Shown in pieces: positions 43,117-51,812 of a stretch of DNA of 64,000 bases. Origin of the DNA: an uncultured Gemmatimonadales bacterium (GTDB taxonomy: Bacteria > Gemmatimonadota > Gemmatimonadetes > Gemmatimonadales > GWC2-71-9); assembly GCA_963730185.1 (NCBI GenBank), contig CAVSQW010000015.1, positions 1 through 64,000 of the forward strand, given 5' to 3'. How positions within the stretch are numbered: position 1 is the first letter of the stretch; each line of letters begins with the position of its first letter. The position numbers and the translations under genes were made by a program. Below the pieces are notes generated by a model. That model saw only the letters and a list, made by a program, of their open reading frames with translations, was not told where the DNA came from and did no database searches.

Positions 43117-44053
43117 AGACGAGCTGATCGGCCCCGACCGGGCGACGCCCGACGACATCGAGGCGATCAACCGGGTCTTTTCCGACGCGTTCACCGAGCG
43201 CTATCACCGCGACGGGATGAACGGCGTCCGGGTGCCCCTCCTGAGCCCGGCCATCTGGCGCTTCGCGATCGCGACCGCGGCCGACGGCGCCCTGGTCTGG
43301 CGCGACCGGTCCAGCACGATCGCCGCCTTCAACATGGTCCACGTGTCGGGCGCCGAGGGGTGGATGGGACCGCTGGCGGTCCGGCCGGATTGCCAGGGGC
43401 GCGGCGTCGGACGAACGATCGTCACCGTCGGGTCGGCCCTGCTCCGGGAGCGGGGCTGCCGGGTCATCGGCCTCGAGACCATGCCCCGGACGATCGAGAA
43501 CATCGGATTCTACAGCACCCTCGGCTTCCGGCCGGGGTTCCTGACCATCTCGATGGTGAACGAGGCGATTCGCCGGGGCGATCGCCTCCCGCTCGCTTCG
43601 GAAAGCCGCTCGGTCGACTGGCTCGGCGCCTGCACCGGACTCACCACTCGCCTGGCGCCGGGGCTCGCCTTCCAACGCGAGATCGCCCTGACGTTGGAAC
43701 AGACCCTGGGTGACGTGTCGCTGGTCTGGCGGGACGGCGCGTTGGCGGGGTATGCCCTCTGGCATTCGGCGGCGCTGGCCGCGGGGCGCCCGGCCGACGA
43801 GCTCCGGGTCCTCAAGCTATCGGCCCTCGATCCGGCCGCGTTCCGGTCGTTGGTGGAGGGGCTGCTGACCGAGGCCCGGGCCCGGTCGCTCCGGCGGGTG
43901 GCGATTCGCTGCCAGACCGCGCATCGGGCGGCGTTCGCCGAGCTGCTGGCGCTCGGTTTCCGGGTTCACTGGACCGATCTCCGAATGACGCTGGAGGGAT
44001 TCGACGAAGCGCCGACGCCGGCGGGCGTCGTGTTTTCGAACTGGGAAATTTGA
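43103..44053 (+). CDS. GNAT family N-acetyltransferase
   Basis: GAGG before ATG 43103, overlapping the end of sbcC; LAVRPDCQGRGVG and NIGFYSTLGF. Confidence 0.88.
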   Translation: MWRREDELIGPDRATPDDIEAINRVFSDAFTERYHRDGMNGVRVPLLSPAIWRFAIATAADGALVWRDRSSTIAAFNMVHVSGAEGWMGPLAVRPDCQGRGVGRTIVTVGSALLRERGCRVIGLETMPRTIENIGFYSTLGFRPGFLTISMVNEAIRRGDRLPLASESRSVDWLGACTGLTTRLAPGLAFQREIALTLEQTLGDVSLVWRDGALAGYALWHSAALAAGRPADELRVLKLSALDPAAFRSLVEGLLTEARARSLRRVAIRCQTAHRAAFAELLALGFRVHWTDLRMTLEGFDEAPTPAGVVFSNWEI

Positions 44054-44056
44054 GCT

Positions 44057-44106
44057 GCGCCGCGGGGTGAGCGTCGGTCCGTTCGACCGGACGCTCCGAG
44101 CGGCGC
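44057..44106. terminator. Hairpin between convergent genes
   Basis: GCGCCGC...GAGCGTCGGTC-loop-GACCGGACGCTC...GCGGCGC. Confidence 0.5.
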
Positions 44107-44117
44107 GGGGGTGACGC

Positions 44118-44270
44118 TCAACTCGGCTTCGGGACCCTGAGCGCGTACCAGCGGATCAGCAGCACCACCCCGATCGCCAGCAGCAGGTGCACGAGTCCGA
44201 CCCCCGTCGGCATCACGAAGGTCAAGAGAAACCACAAAGCAAGTGCAACGATCGCGCCAGCGAGAGTCAT
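44118..44270 (-). CDS. Small two-helix membrane protein (50 aa)
   Basis: MTLAGAIVALALWFLLTFVMPTGVGLVHLLLAIGVVLLIRWYALRVPKPS; LW...G.VHLLL pattern resembles lmo0937-type small proteins. Confidence 0.7.
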   Translation of the reverse strand: MTLAGAIVALALWFLLTFVMPTGVGLVHLLLAIGVVLLIRWYALRVPKPS

Positions 44271-44293
44271 GGTTTCTCGGGGCAGAGAATGCG

Positions 44294-44323
44294 TTGACGG
44301 TACCGAGGGCCACGAGGTATTAT
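44294..44323 (+). promoter_or_regulatory. Sigma70-type promoter of the ncRNA
   Basis: TTGACG (44294-99), 18 nt, TATTAT (44318-23). Confidence 0.7.
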
Positions 44324-44326
44324 AGT

Positions 44327-44493
44327 GGGGTCGGCTGGTGGCCGGGAACCACGTTATTGAGCCAACAGGTCTGAAACTGGGCCCATATACCGTGGCCGAT
44401 GTCATGCCCCTCGGGGGAAGGCAGACGCCGTTGGTGAGGGTGCCAAGCATTATGTTTCGGGCTTCAATAAACCTCCCGGTACCATCCGACCTC
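44327..44493 (+). ncRNA. ssrS: 6S RNA-like ncRNA
   Basis: About 167-nt rod folded by hand: GGGGTCGG/CCGACCTC, GCCGGGA/TCCCGGT, TTATTGAGCC/GGCTTCAATAA, a central A/U-rich bubble and an apical stem; own promoter and terminator. Confidence 0.72.
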
Positions 44494-44536
44494 GGGGCGC
44501 CGACCGACTTCGCGTCGGGTCGGCGCCTCGTCTTTT
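44493..44536 (+). terminator. Intrinsic terminator after the ncRNA
   Basis: GGGGCGCCGACCGAC-TTCGC-GTCGGGTCGGCGCCTC followed by GTCTTTT. Confidence 0.75.
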
Positions 44537-44557
44537 CGGGACCCTCGAGGAGCTGGT

Positions 44558-44977
44558 ATGCCGAGCTGCGTGGTGGCGCGTCGGGCTCACTTCAACGCGG
44601 CGCATCGTCTCCATAACTCCGACCGGTCCGACGACTGGAACCGCGCGACGTTCGGCCCCTGCAACAACCCCAACTACCACGGTCACAACTACGAGCTCGA
44701 GGTGCTGGTCGAGGGAACCATCGATCCCGAGACCGGCTATGTCATCGACGTGGGCGTCGTCAAGCGGATCGTCGACGAGGTCGTGGTGTCGGTCCTGGAT
44801 CACCGCAACCTGAATTTGGACGTGCCCTGGTTCCGCGACCGGTTGCCGTCGGCCGAGAACATCGCGGTGTTCTGCTGGGAGCAGGTCGCCCCCCGGCTGC
44901 CGCGCGGACGGCTCCACCTCATTCGTTTGTGGGAGACTCCGAGGAACTATGTCGAGTACCAAGGCCGGGAAGACTGA
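44558..44977 (+). CDS. 6-pyruvoyl-tetrahydropterin synthase / QueD family protein
   Basis: [38 protein letters not shown]. Confidence 0.92.
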   Translation: MPSCVVARRAHFNAAHRLHNSDRSDDWNRATFGPCNNPNYHGHNYELEVLVEGTIDPETGYVIDVGVVKRIVDEVVVSVLDHRNLNLDVPWFRDRLPSAENIAVFCWEQVAPRLPRGRLHLIRLWETPRNYVEYQGRED

Positions 44978-45539
44978 CCTCCGCCCCCTGATCCATACCC
45001 TGCTGTCGGCGCTGGGCGAGGACCCCGAGCGGCCCGGGCTCAAGCGCACCCCGGAACGGGTGGAAAAGGCGATGCGCTTCCTGACCCGGGGCTACGAGAT
45101 GTCGGTGGCCGACGTGGTCGGGAGCGGGGTGTTCGAGGAGTCGCACCAGAACATGATTTTGGTGCGCGACGTGGAGCTCTACTCGATGTGCGAGCACCAC
45201 ATGCTGCCGTTCTTTGGCCGGGCGCACGTGGCCTACATCCCGAACGGCCGGATCATCGGGCTCTCGAAGATTCCCCGGATCGTCGACATGTTCGCCCGGC
45301 GGCTCCAGGTCCAGGAGCGTCTGACCGACCAGGTGGCCGACGCCGTGATGGAGGTGCTCGAGCCGCAAGGCGTGGGCGTGGTGGTCGAGGCGGTCCACCT
45401 CTGTATGATGATGCGCGGGGTCGAGAAGCAGAATTCGCGGACCGTTACCAGCGCGCTCCGGGGCGTGTTCCAGGAGGACCCTCGAACCCGCGACGAGTTC
45501 CTCCGCCTGGCGCACGGCGGTCGCGGGATCGAAATCTGA
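44949..45539 (+). CDS. folE: GTP cyclohydrolase I
   Basis: [38 protein letters not shown]. Confidence 0.97.
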   Translation: MSSTKAGKTDLRPLIHTLLSALGEDPERPGLKRTPERVEKAMRFLTRGYEMSVADVVGSGVFEESHQNMILVRDVELYSMCEHHMLPFFGRAHVAYIPNGRIIGLSKIPRIVDMFARRLQVQERLTDQVADAVMEVLEPQGVGVVVEAVHLCMMMRGVEKQNSRTVTSALRGVFQEDPRTRDEFLRLAHGGRGIEI

Positions 45540-46234
45540 TGGCGGATCGGCTGGCGGGCCGCCTGGCGGTCGTCACCGGGGCCTCGCGGGGCATCGGACG
45601 GGCGGTGGCCGACGCGCTCCATGCCGCCGGGGCCACGGTGGTCCGGATCGCCCGGAGCCTCGAGCCCGCCCAGGTAGACCGGCGGATCGATCTCCCGACC
45701 GACCTCACCGACGACGAGGCCCGGACCCGGACCATGGACGCGGTCCTCCGGATCGGCACGCCTGACCTGGTGGTGAACAACGCCGGGGCCTTCGAGTTGG
45801 CGCATTTCGAGGACCAGACCCTGGAGGGCCTCGACCGGCTCTACCGGGCCAACCTCCGGGCACCGTTCGCGGTGGCCAAGGCGCTGCTTCCGTCGATGCG
45901 CCGGGCCGGTGCCGGCCGTCACGTGTTGATCGGGAGCATTGCCGATTACCAGGCCTTCCCCGGCAACGCCGCCTACGCGGCCACCAAGTTCGGCGCCCGT
46001 GGTCTGCACCAGGTTCTCCGGGCCGAGCTTCGCGGCAGCGGCGTGCTCTGCACCCTGATCAGCCCCGGCCCGACCGACACACCGCTCTGGGATCCGTTCG
46101 ATCCCGACCGCCGCGACGACCTGATGTCGCGCCACCAGATGCTCCGCCCCGAGCACGTTGCCGGCGCGGTGCTCTGGGTGGCCACCCAAAGCCCCAAGGT
46201 GGAGGTGGACCTGATTCGCCTCGGCCCCGCCTAG
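45539..46234 (+). CDS. SDR family oxidoreductase
   Basis: TGATG coupling to folE; TGASRGIG, NNAG, YAATK. Confidence 0.92.
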   Translation: MADRLAGRLAVVTGASRGIGRAVADALHAAGATVVRIARSLEPAQVDRRIDLPTDLTDDEARTRTMDAVLRIGTPDLVVNNAGAFELAHFEDQTLEGLDRLYRANLRAPFAVAKALLPSMRRAGAGRHVLIGSIADYQAFPGNAAYAATKFGARGLHQVLRAELRGSGVLCTLISPGPTDTPLWDPFDPDRRDDLMSRHQMLRPEHVAGAVLWVATQSPKVEVDLIRLGPA

Positions 46235-46259
46235 CCTCCACAAGGAGCCATCCAGCGTT

Positions 46260-46335
46260 CCCGACCCCTCCCACCCCGAGTCCCTACTCCCAACTCCCTC
46301 CCTACTCCCAACTCCCCATTCCCTAGTCCCTATCC
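46260..46335. repeat. C-rich low-complexity heptamer-like tract between convergent genes
   Basis: TCCCTAC/TCCCAAC/TCCCCAT/TCCCTAG units. Confidence 0.65.
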
Positions 46336-47364
46336 TCATCGCAGGACGACATACGCCAACGCCGCCATCGACGCCGCCAGCGGGATCGTCAGCACCCACG
46401 CCCAGACGATCCGCCCTGCCACCGCCCACCGGACCGCCGACAGCCGCTGCGCGGCGCCCACCCCGACGATCGCCCCGGTGATGGTGTGGGTGGTGCTCAC
46501 CGGAATCCCGAAGAACGAGGCCAGGAAGATCGCCCCGGCGCCGCCGGTCTCCGCGCACACGCCGCCGAAGGGCCGGAGCTTGGTGATCCGGGTCCCCATC
46601 GTCTTGACGATCCGCCAGCCGCCCAAGGCCGTGCCCAGCGCGATGGCGGTGTAGGCGGCCATCTCCACCCAGATCGGCACGGTATCGGGCGAGGTGAGGT
46701 AGAGGTGGGAGAGCCACCCGGTCTGGTCGCGGAAGAGCCGGTTGGTCGCCACCAGCAGGCCGACGATGACTCCCATCGTCTTCTGGGCGTCGTTGGCGCC
46801 GTGACTGATCGAGAACGCGGCGGCCGACAACAGCTGGAGCCGACGGAATACCCGGTCCAGGAATGCCGCCTGCACCCGTCGGAGGGCCCAGGCCAGGGCG
46901 ACCGTGAGGGCCATCGCGGCGAACATCCCGATGATCGGGGAGAGAAAGATGAAGAGGATCGGCTTGACCCACCCGGCGGCGATCAAGGCTCCGATCCCGG
47001 CCTTTGCCACCGCGGCGCCGCCGAGCCCGCCCAGGAGCGCGTGCGACGACGACGACGGCAGGCCGAGCCACCAGGTGGCGAGGTTCCAGGCGATGGCCCC
47101 GAGCAGGGCGGCCAGGATGACGGTCGAATCCACGACGGTCGGATCGACCAGTCCCTTGCTGATCGTCCGGGCCACCGCGGTTCCGACCGTGAAGGCGGCC
47201 ACGAAGTTGAACCCGGCAGCCCAGATCACCGCCACGCTCGGCGAGAGCACCCGGGTGCCCACCACCGTCGCGATGGAGTTGGCGCTGTCGTGGAAACCGT
47301 TGATGAAGTCGAACGCCAGCGCCACCGCCACGATGGCGACGACGAGCGAGACGCTGTCGGTCAT
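46336..47364 (-). CDS. PiT family inorganic phosphate transporter
   Basis: NGFHDSAN, PSSSSH, HGANDAQK, PVSTTH. Confidence 0.95.
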   Translation of the reverse strand: MTDSVSLVVAIVAVALAFDFINGFHDSANSIATVVGTRVLSPSVAVIWAAGFNFVAAFTVGTAVARTISKGLVDPTVVDSTVILAALLGAIAWNLATWWLGLPSSSSHALLGGLGGAAVAKAGIGALIAAGWVKPILFIFLSPIIGMFAAMALTVALAWALRRVQAAFLDRVFRRLQLLSAAAFSISHGANDAQKTMGVIVGLLVATNRLFRDQTGWLSHLYLTSPDTVPIWVEMAAYTAIALGTALGGWRIVKTMGTRITKLRPFGGVCAETGGAGAIFLASFFGIPVSTTHTITGAIVGVGAAQRLSAVRWAVAGRIVWAWVLTIPLAASMAALAYVVLR

Positions 47365-47981
47365 GAGTGCTTGATCGCGATCGATTCCAGCACGTTGGCG
47401 ACGTCCTCGGCCTGGTCGAGGGTCTTCTCCAGCGTGTCGTAGATCTCCTTCCACTTGATCAGGTTGGCGGGATTGGTCTCGGTGTCGAACAGCCGGCCCA
47501 GCCACTCGTGGTAAACCGCGTCGCCCTCCTCCTCCAGCCGCTTGATCTGGGTGCAGGCCGCGATCACCACCGGTGCCTTCCCCCTGCTCAGGACCCGAAC
47601 GGCCTCCAGGATCTGCTGGGTCGAGCGGATCACGACCTCGGCGATCAGGACGGCGCCCTGGGGTGCCTGGCCGGCCCGGAAGATGTGGATCCGGCGGGCG
47701 GTCCCGTCGATCCGGTCGATGATGTCGTCGAGCCGGGAAGCCAGCATGTGGATGTCTTCCCGGTCGAGCGGCGTGATGAAGCTTCGGTCGAGCCGGCTGA
47801 TCACCTCGTGGGTGATCTCGTCGGCCTCGTGCTCGAGGCGCTTGATGGCCTCGACCAGGTAGATCCGGCGATCGCCGTCGACCGCGATGAGCTCGTGCAG
47901 GTGGCGGGCCGCTTCGACGTTCAACGTCGCGACCGAGGTGAACAGGTCGAAGAACCGCTCGTCTCGGGGCAGGAGGCGCAC
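47361..47981 (-). CDS. DUF47 / PhoU-like PiT accessory protein
   Basis: LEHEADEI, FITPLDREDI, LEEEGD, WKEIY; coupled to the PiT gene. Confidence 0.92.
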   Translation of the reverse strand: MRLLPRDERFFDLFTSVATLNVEAARHLHELIAVDGDRRIYLVEAIKRLEHEADEITHEVISRLDRSFITPLDREDIHMLASRLDDIIDRIDGTARRIHIFRAGQAPQGAVLIAEVVIRSTQQILEAVRVLSRGKAPVVIAACTQIKRLEEEGDAVYHEWLGRLFDTETNPANLIKWKEIYDTLEKTLDQAEDVANVLESIAIKHS

Positions 47982-48044
47982 GGAGGGTCCTTGGGCTCGT
48001 GGGATCGCTGGAAGCCGGACCGAATCTGCCGCCGCGACTCATTG

Positions 48045-48061
48045 GTGACAAGTCCGTGACA
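48045..48061 (-). promoter_or_regulatory. Pho box-like direct repeat
   Basis: TGTCAC-GGACT-TGTCAC (11-bp period) about 64 nt upstream of DUF47-PiT. Confidence 0.65.
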
Positions 48062-48129
48062 TCGAATCGGACCCGGGCCGGGCCGGGGATGGGCTCCGCC
48101 CCGCCTTGCCGGGTGACTAGCTTCCCGGG

Positions 48130-48714
48130 GTGTTCATCGAGCTGACGGACCACCTCCGCTGCGCCAACGACCATCCCGAGTCGTTCCTGGTCCTCCTCCC
48201 CGATCGGATGGAGGGGCGACGAGTCATCGCAGGGAGCCTCGGATGCCCCGTTTGCGCGAGTGTGGTCACTCTCACGGAGGGCGTTGCGACCTTCGGCGAG
48301 GCATCGCCGGCCGCCGGAGGGACGGCCCTGGCCCCGGCCGCGGCTCTCGCCCTGCTCGGCCTCGAGGGCCCGGGCGGATTCGTGGCGCTCCTGGGCGGAG
48401 CCACGACCCTCGCTCCGGGGCTGGGAGATCTGCTCCCCGGGGTTCACTTCCCGCTGGTGAACCCCTCGGCGGACGCGCAAGACTCGCTCCTATCGAGCGT
48501 TCTGCGCTCTCCCATCCTTCCAATCAAGCGGGCCAGCATGCGAGGCGTGGTCGTCGGCCCCGACCTGGCCGCCGAGCCGCGGTGGGTCGACAGAGCCCTG
48601 GAGGCAGCCCTCCCCGGCAACCGAATCGTCGGCGAAGGCCCCACGCCGACCCATCCCGATTTCGAGGTCCTAGCCGAAGCCGCCGGCATCTGGGTGGCAA
48701 AACGCCGGAAATAG
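48130..48714 (+). CDS. Hypothetical protein with Trm112-like Cys/His N-terminus
   Basis: LRCANDH...GSLGCPVC...EGVA, then a Rossmann-like remainder. Confidence 0.7.
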   Translation: MFIELTDHLRCANDHPESFLVLLPDRMEGRRVIAGSLGCPVCASVVTLTEGVATFGEASPAAGGTALAPAAALALLGLEGPGGFVALLGGATTLAPGLGDLLPGVHFPLVNPSADAQDSLLSSVLRSPILPIKRASMRGVVVGPDLAAEPRWVDRALEAALPGNRIVGEGPTPTHPDFEVLAEAAGIWVAKRRK

Positions 48715-48760
48715 GAGTCGCCCGACGAACCGAGAGCCCCTACTCCCCACTCCCCACTCA

Positions 48761-49852
48761 CTACTTCCCGCCCGGAAGCCTGAGCGCCATGCCCGGCCGG
48801 AGACGATACCACCTGGGGATCGCGTTGGCCCGCCGGAGCGCCTCGGGGGTCAGCCCGTGCGCCTTGGCCAGACTCTCGACGGTGTCACCCTTGCCCACCC
48901 GGATCAGCTTGCCGAATCCCAGCCTGGGGGAACCCAATTCCGAGGCCGTGACCGGCGGCAGGCTGGCCAGCCGGCGGTCCAGCTCAGCGCCCAGGCCCGG
49001 CGGGACCCGGACCCACGAGGTGGAGGCGGGTGGGGTGACGCCGCGGACGTACTGGGGATTGAGCTTTTTCAGGCTGTCCCGGGGGAGTCCCAGGCTCCGG
49101 GCCGCGGCGCCGAGGCTCACGGGTCCCTTGACCGAGAGGGAGTCGAACTCGGGGCTCGAGAGGGGCGGCGGCGTGAAGCCGAAGCGCTCCGGGTCCCGGC
49201 CAATGGCCGCCGCGGCGATCAGCTGAGGCACGTAGTCCCGGGTCTCGGAGGCGAGCAGCTTCCGGTCGGCGAGAGTGAAGAAGTCCGCGTCCGAGCCGCC
49301 CGCCGAATCGCCGTCGGCAGGGTTGCCGTACAGCGTGGCCAGGCCCCGCGCCACCCGGCCCGCCCCGCCGTTATAGGCCGCCGCGGCGAGGAGCGGTGAG
49401 CCGAGGGTCCGGTTCAGATCGGCGATGTGCTTGACGGCCGCGTCGGTGGCCAGATACGGGTCACGCCGCTCGTCGACGTAGCGATTGATCGAGAGCCCCA
49501 TCCGCTTCGCGGTCTCGGGGATGAACTGCCACATTCCCACCGCGCCGGCCTTGCTTACCGCGGTGCTCGAATAGCCGCTTTCGATCAGGGGGAGAAACTC
49601 GAGCTCGCTCGGGAGGCCTTGGCTCTTGAGGCGGTCCCGAATCAGGCCCCGGTAGGCGCTGCCGCGATCCAGCCAGGCCGCCATCCGGTCCCGGGCGGGG
49701 CCGGTAAAGTACTCGATGAAGTGCGCCACCCGGGGATTGTGGAGCAAGCTGTCGATCGGGAGCGACGAGCCGAGCGCAGGGTCGGCGGACTGGGCGGCCA
49801 CGGGCGCCGCCACGAGCAGGGCCCCGAGGGCCCAGCGAATCGGGGTAGACAT
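48761..49852 (-). CDS. Lytic transglycosylase with LysM (MltD-like)
   Basis: LIESGY, GAVGMWQF, AAYNGG, ETRDYV; C-terminal LysM. Confidence 0.93.
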   Translation of the reverse strand: MSTPIRWALGALLVAAPVAAQSADPALGSSLPIDSLLHNPRVAHFIEYFTGPARDRMAAWLDRGSAYRGLIRDRLKSQGLPSELEFLPLIESGYSSTAVSKAGAVGMWQFIPETAKRMGLSINRYVDERRDPYLATDAAVKHIADLNRTLGSPLLAAAAYNGGAGRVARGLATLYGNPADGDSAGGSDADFFTLADRKLLASETRDYVPQLIAAAAIGRDPERFGFTPPPLSSPEFDSLSVKGPVSLGAAARSLGLPRDSLKKLNPQYVRGVTPPASTSWVRVPPGLGAELDRRLASLPPVTASELGSPRLGFGKLIRVGKGDTVESLAKAHGLTPEALRRANAIPRWYRLRPGMALRLPGGK

Positions 49853-49988
49853 ACCCTGGGTGCCGGGCAGGTTCCGGACCACGGCCTCCAGAGTGGTAAC
49901 ATGTTGCCGATAAGGTGTTTACAGTGATGGCTTCCGGGCTTCTCTGGAACGACCGGCACCGATCTCCGGCCGAGATTGCCGGGTGGCC

Positions 49989-51812
49989 TCAGGCAGGGTC
50001 GCCGTGCTCCAGCTCGGCCCGCTGGAAGATGGCGTCGATTTGGTCGCGATAGTGGGCTTCGACGACTTTCCGCTTGACCGAGAGCTTGGGGGTGAGTTCG
50101 CCGGTCTCGATCGAGAACTCGCCGGGGATGACCAGGAAGCGCTTGGGCACCTCGTACCTTGCCAGGTCGCGGAGATGCTTTTTGGCCTCGGCCTCCATCA
50201 GCGTGGTGACTTGGGGCAGCTCCACCAGCTCCTCCCGCGAGCCGAAGCTCAGTCCCTGGCCGCGGGCCCAGGCTTCGAGACGCTGGAAGTCGGGAGCGAG
50301 CAGCATGATCGGGAACTTCCGCTTGTCGCCCAGCATCACGGCGTTCGCGATGAACGGGTTCTGGCGGAGCAGGTCCTCGATCGGTTGGGGGGCGATCTTC
50401 TTGCCGCCGGCGGTCGCGATCAGATCTTTCTTGCGATCCGTGATCTTGAGGTAGCCGTCGTCGTCGAACTCGCCGATGTCGCCGGTATGGAACCAGCCCT
50501 CGGGGTCGATCGCCTCGGCGGTGGCCTCGGGCTTGTTGAAGTAGCCCCGCATCACGTTCGGACCCCGGACCAGGATCTCGCCGTCCTCGGCGATCCGTAC
50601 CTCGACCGACGGGACTACGTGGCCGACGGTCCCCAGCCGGATCGCGTCGAGCGTGTTGACGCTGATCACGGGCGAGGTCTCGGTCAGTCCGTAGCCTTCG
50701 AGAATCGGGATTTGGGCGGCATAGAAGAACCGGGCGATGTCCGCGTTGAGGGGTGCGCCGCCCGAGATGAAGTACCGGAGCCGGCCACCGAGCGCGGCCC
50801 GGAGTTTCGAGTAGACCAGCCGGTCGGCGATCCGGTGCGAGAGCGAGAGCGAGAGTGGGATCGACTCGCCGCCCAGTCGGCGGCTGGTCCACTGATCGCC
50901 CACCCGCTTGGCCCAGAGGAACACCCGGCGAGACAGCGCCGAGCGGTGCACTGCGGTCTCGAGCGCCCGGGCATACATCTTCTCGTAGAGTCGGGGTACC
51001 GCGGCGACCACGGTGGGCTGCACGGTCATCAGGTCCTGCGGCACCGTGTCGATGCCCCGGGCGTAATTGATGACCACACCCATCTCCAGCATGCTGTAGT
51101 GTCCGACCATCCGCTCGAAGATGTGGGAGAGCGGCAGGAACGAGAGGCACTCGTCGCGGGTGGAGATGGGGAGCACGGCGCATCCGGCCCGGACGTTGGA
51201 CGCGATGTTGCCGTGGGTCAGCATCACGCCTTTCGGCTCGCCGGTGGTCCCCGAGGTATAGATGATGGTCGCCAGGTCGTCGGGCCGGCCGGCGAGGGCG
51301 TTGGCCCGCCAATCCGGGTGGCGCGACGCCGCGGTGCGGCCGCGGGCCTCGAGCACCTCGATCGGGATCACGTCGTCGCCGGTCAGGTCGGCGTCGAACC
51401 CGATGATCCAGCGGAGGGCCGGCAGGTCGGCCCGGATCTCGAGGATCTTGTCGAGCTGGGCCTGGGTGGAGACGCAGACCGCCTTCGCGCCCGAGTCGTT
51501 CAGGAGGTACCCGATCTGATGCGGCACCAGGGTGGGGTAGATCGGAACGTCCACCGCCCGGGCGGTGAGGCAGGCGTAGTCGATCACGGCCCATTCCGGC
51601 CGGTTCTCCGAGAGGATCGCCACCCGATCGCCGGCCGCAACGCCCAGGTCCAGCAGTCCCATGCTGGCCGACCGGACCCGCTCGTGCAGGACCCGATAAC
51701 TGATCGGCACCCAGGTGTCGCCCGGCCGGTGGCGCATGGCGACCGGATTGGCGCCGTACCGCTCCTGCGCGCCGAAATAGAGCTCGTTGAGGGTGCGGGG
51801 CTCTTGCTTCAT
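49989..51812 (-). CDS. Long-chain fatty acid-CoA ligase
   Basis: YTSGTTGEPKG, EGYGLTE, GWFHTGDIG, TPKLSVKR. Confidence 0.95.
   Translation of the reverse strand: MKQEPRTLNELYFGAQERYGANPVAMRHRPGDTWVPISYRVLHERVRSASMGLLDLGVAAGDRVAILSENRPEWAVIDYACLTARAVDVPIYPTLVPHQIGYLLNDSGAKAVCVSTQAQLDKILEIRADLPALRWIIGFDADLTGDDVIPIEVLEARGRTAASRHPDWRANALAGRPDDLATIIYTSGTTGEPKGVMLTHGNIASNVRAGCAVLPISTRDECLSFLPLSHIFERMVGHYSMLEMGVVINYARGIDTVPQDLMTVQPTVVAAVPRLYEKMYARALETAVHRSALSRRVFLWAKRVGDQWTSRRLGGESIPLSLSLSHRIADRLVYSKLRAALGGRLRYFISGGAPLNADIARFFYAAQIPILEGYGLTETSPVISVNTLDAIRLGTVGHVVPSVEVRIAEDGEILVRGPNVMRGYFNKPEATAEAIDPEGWFHTGDIGEFDDDGYLKITDRKKDLIATAGGKKIAPQPIEDLLRQNPFIANAVMLGDKRKFPIMLLAPDFQRLEAWARGQGLSFGSREELVELPQVTTLMEAEAKKHLRDLARYEVPKRFLVIPGEFSIETGELTPKLSVKRKVVEAHYRDQIDAIFQRAELEHGDPA

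Noticed and set aside
44327..44557. preQ1 riboswitch upstream of a QueD-family gene
   Set aside because: No preQ1 aptamer pattern seen; the region folds as one long rod with a separate terminator
49895..49908. Imperfect palindrome GGTAACATGTTGCC upstream of the lytic transglycosylase
   Set aside because: Single short instance with no second copy or candidate regulator in the window
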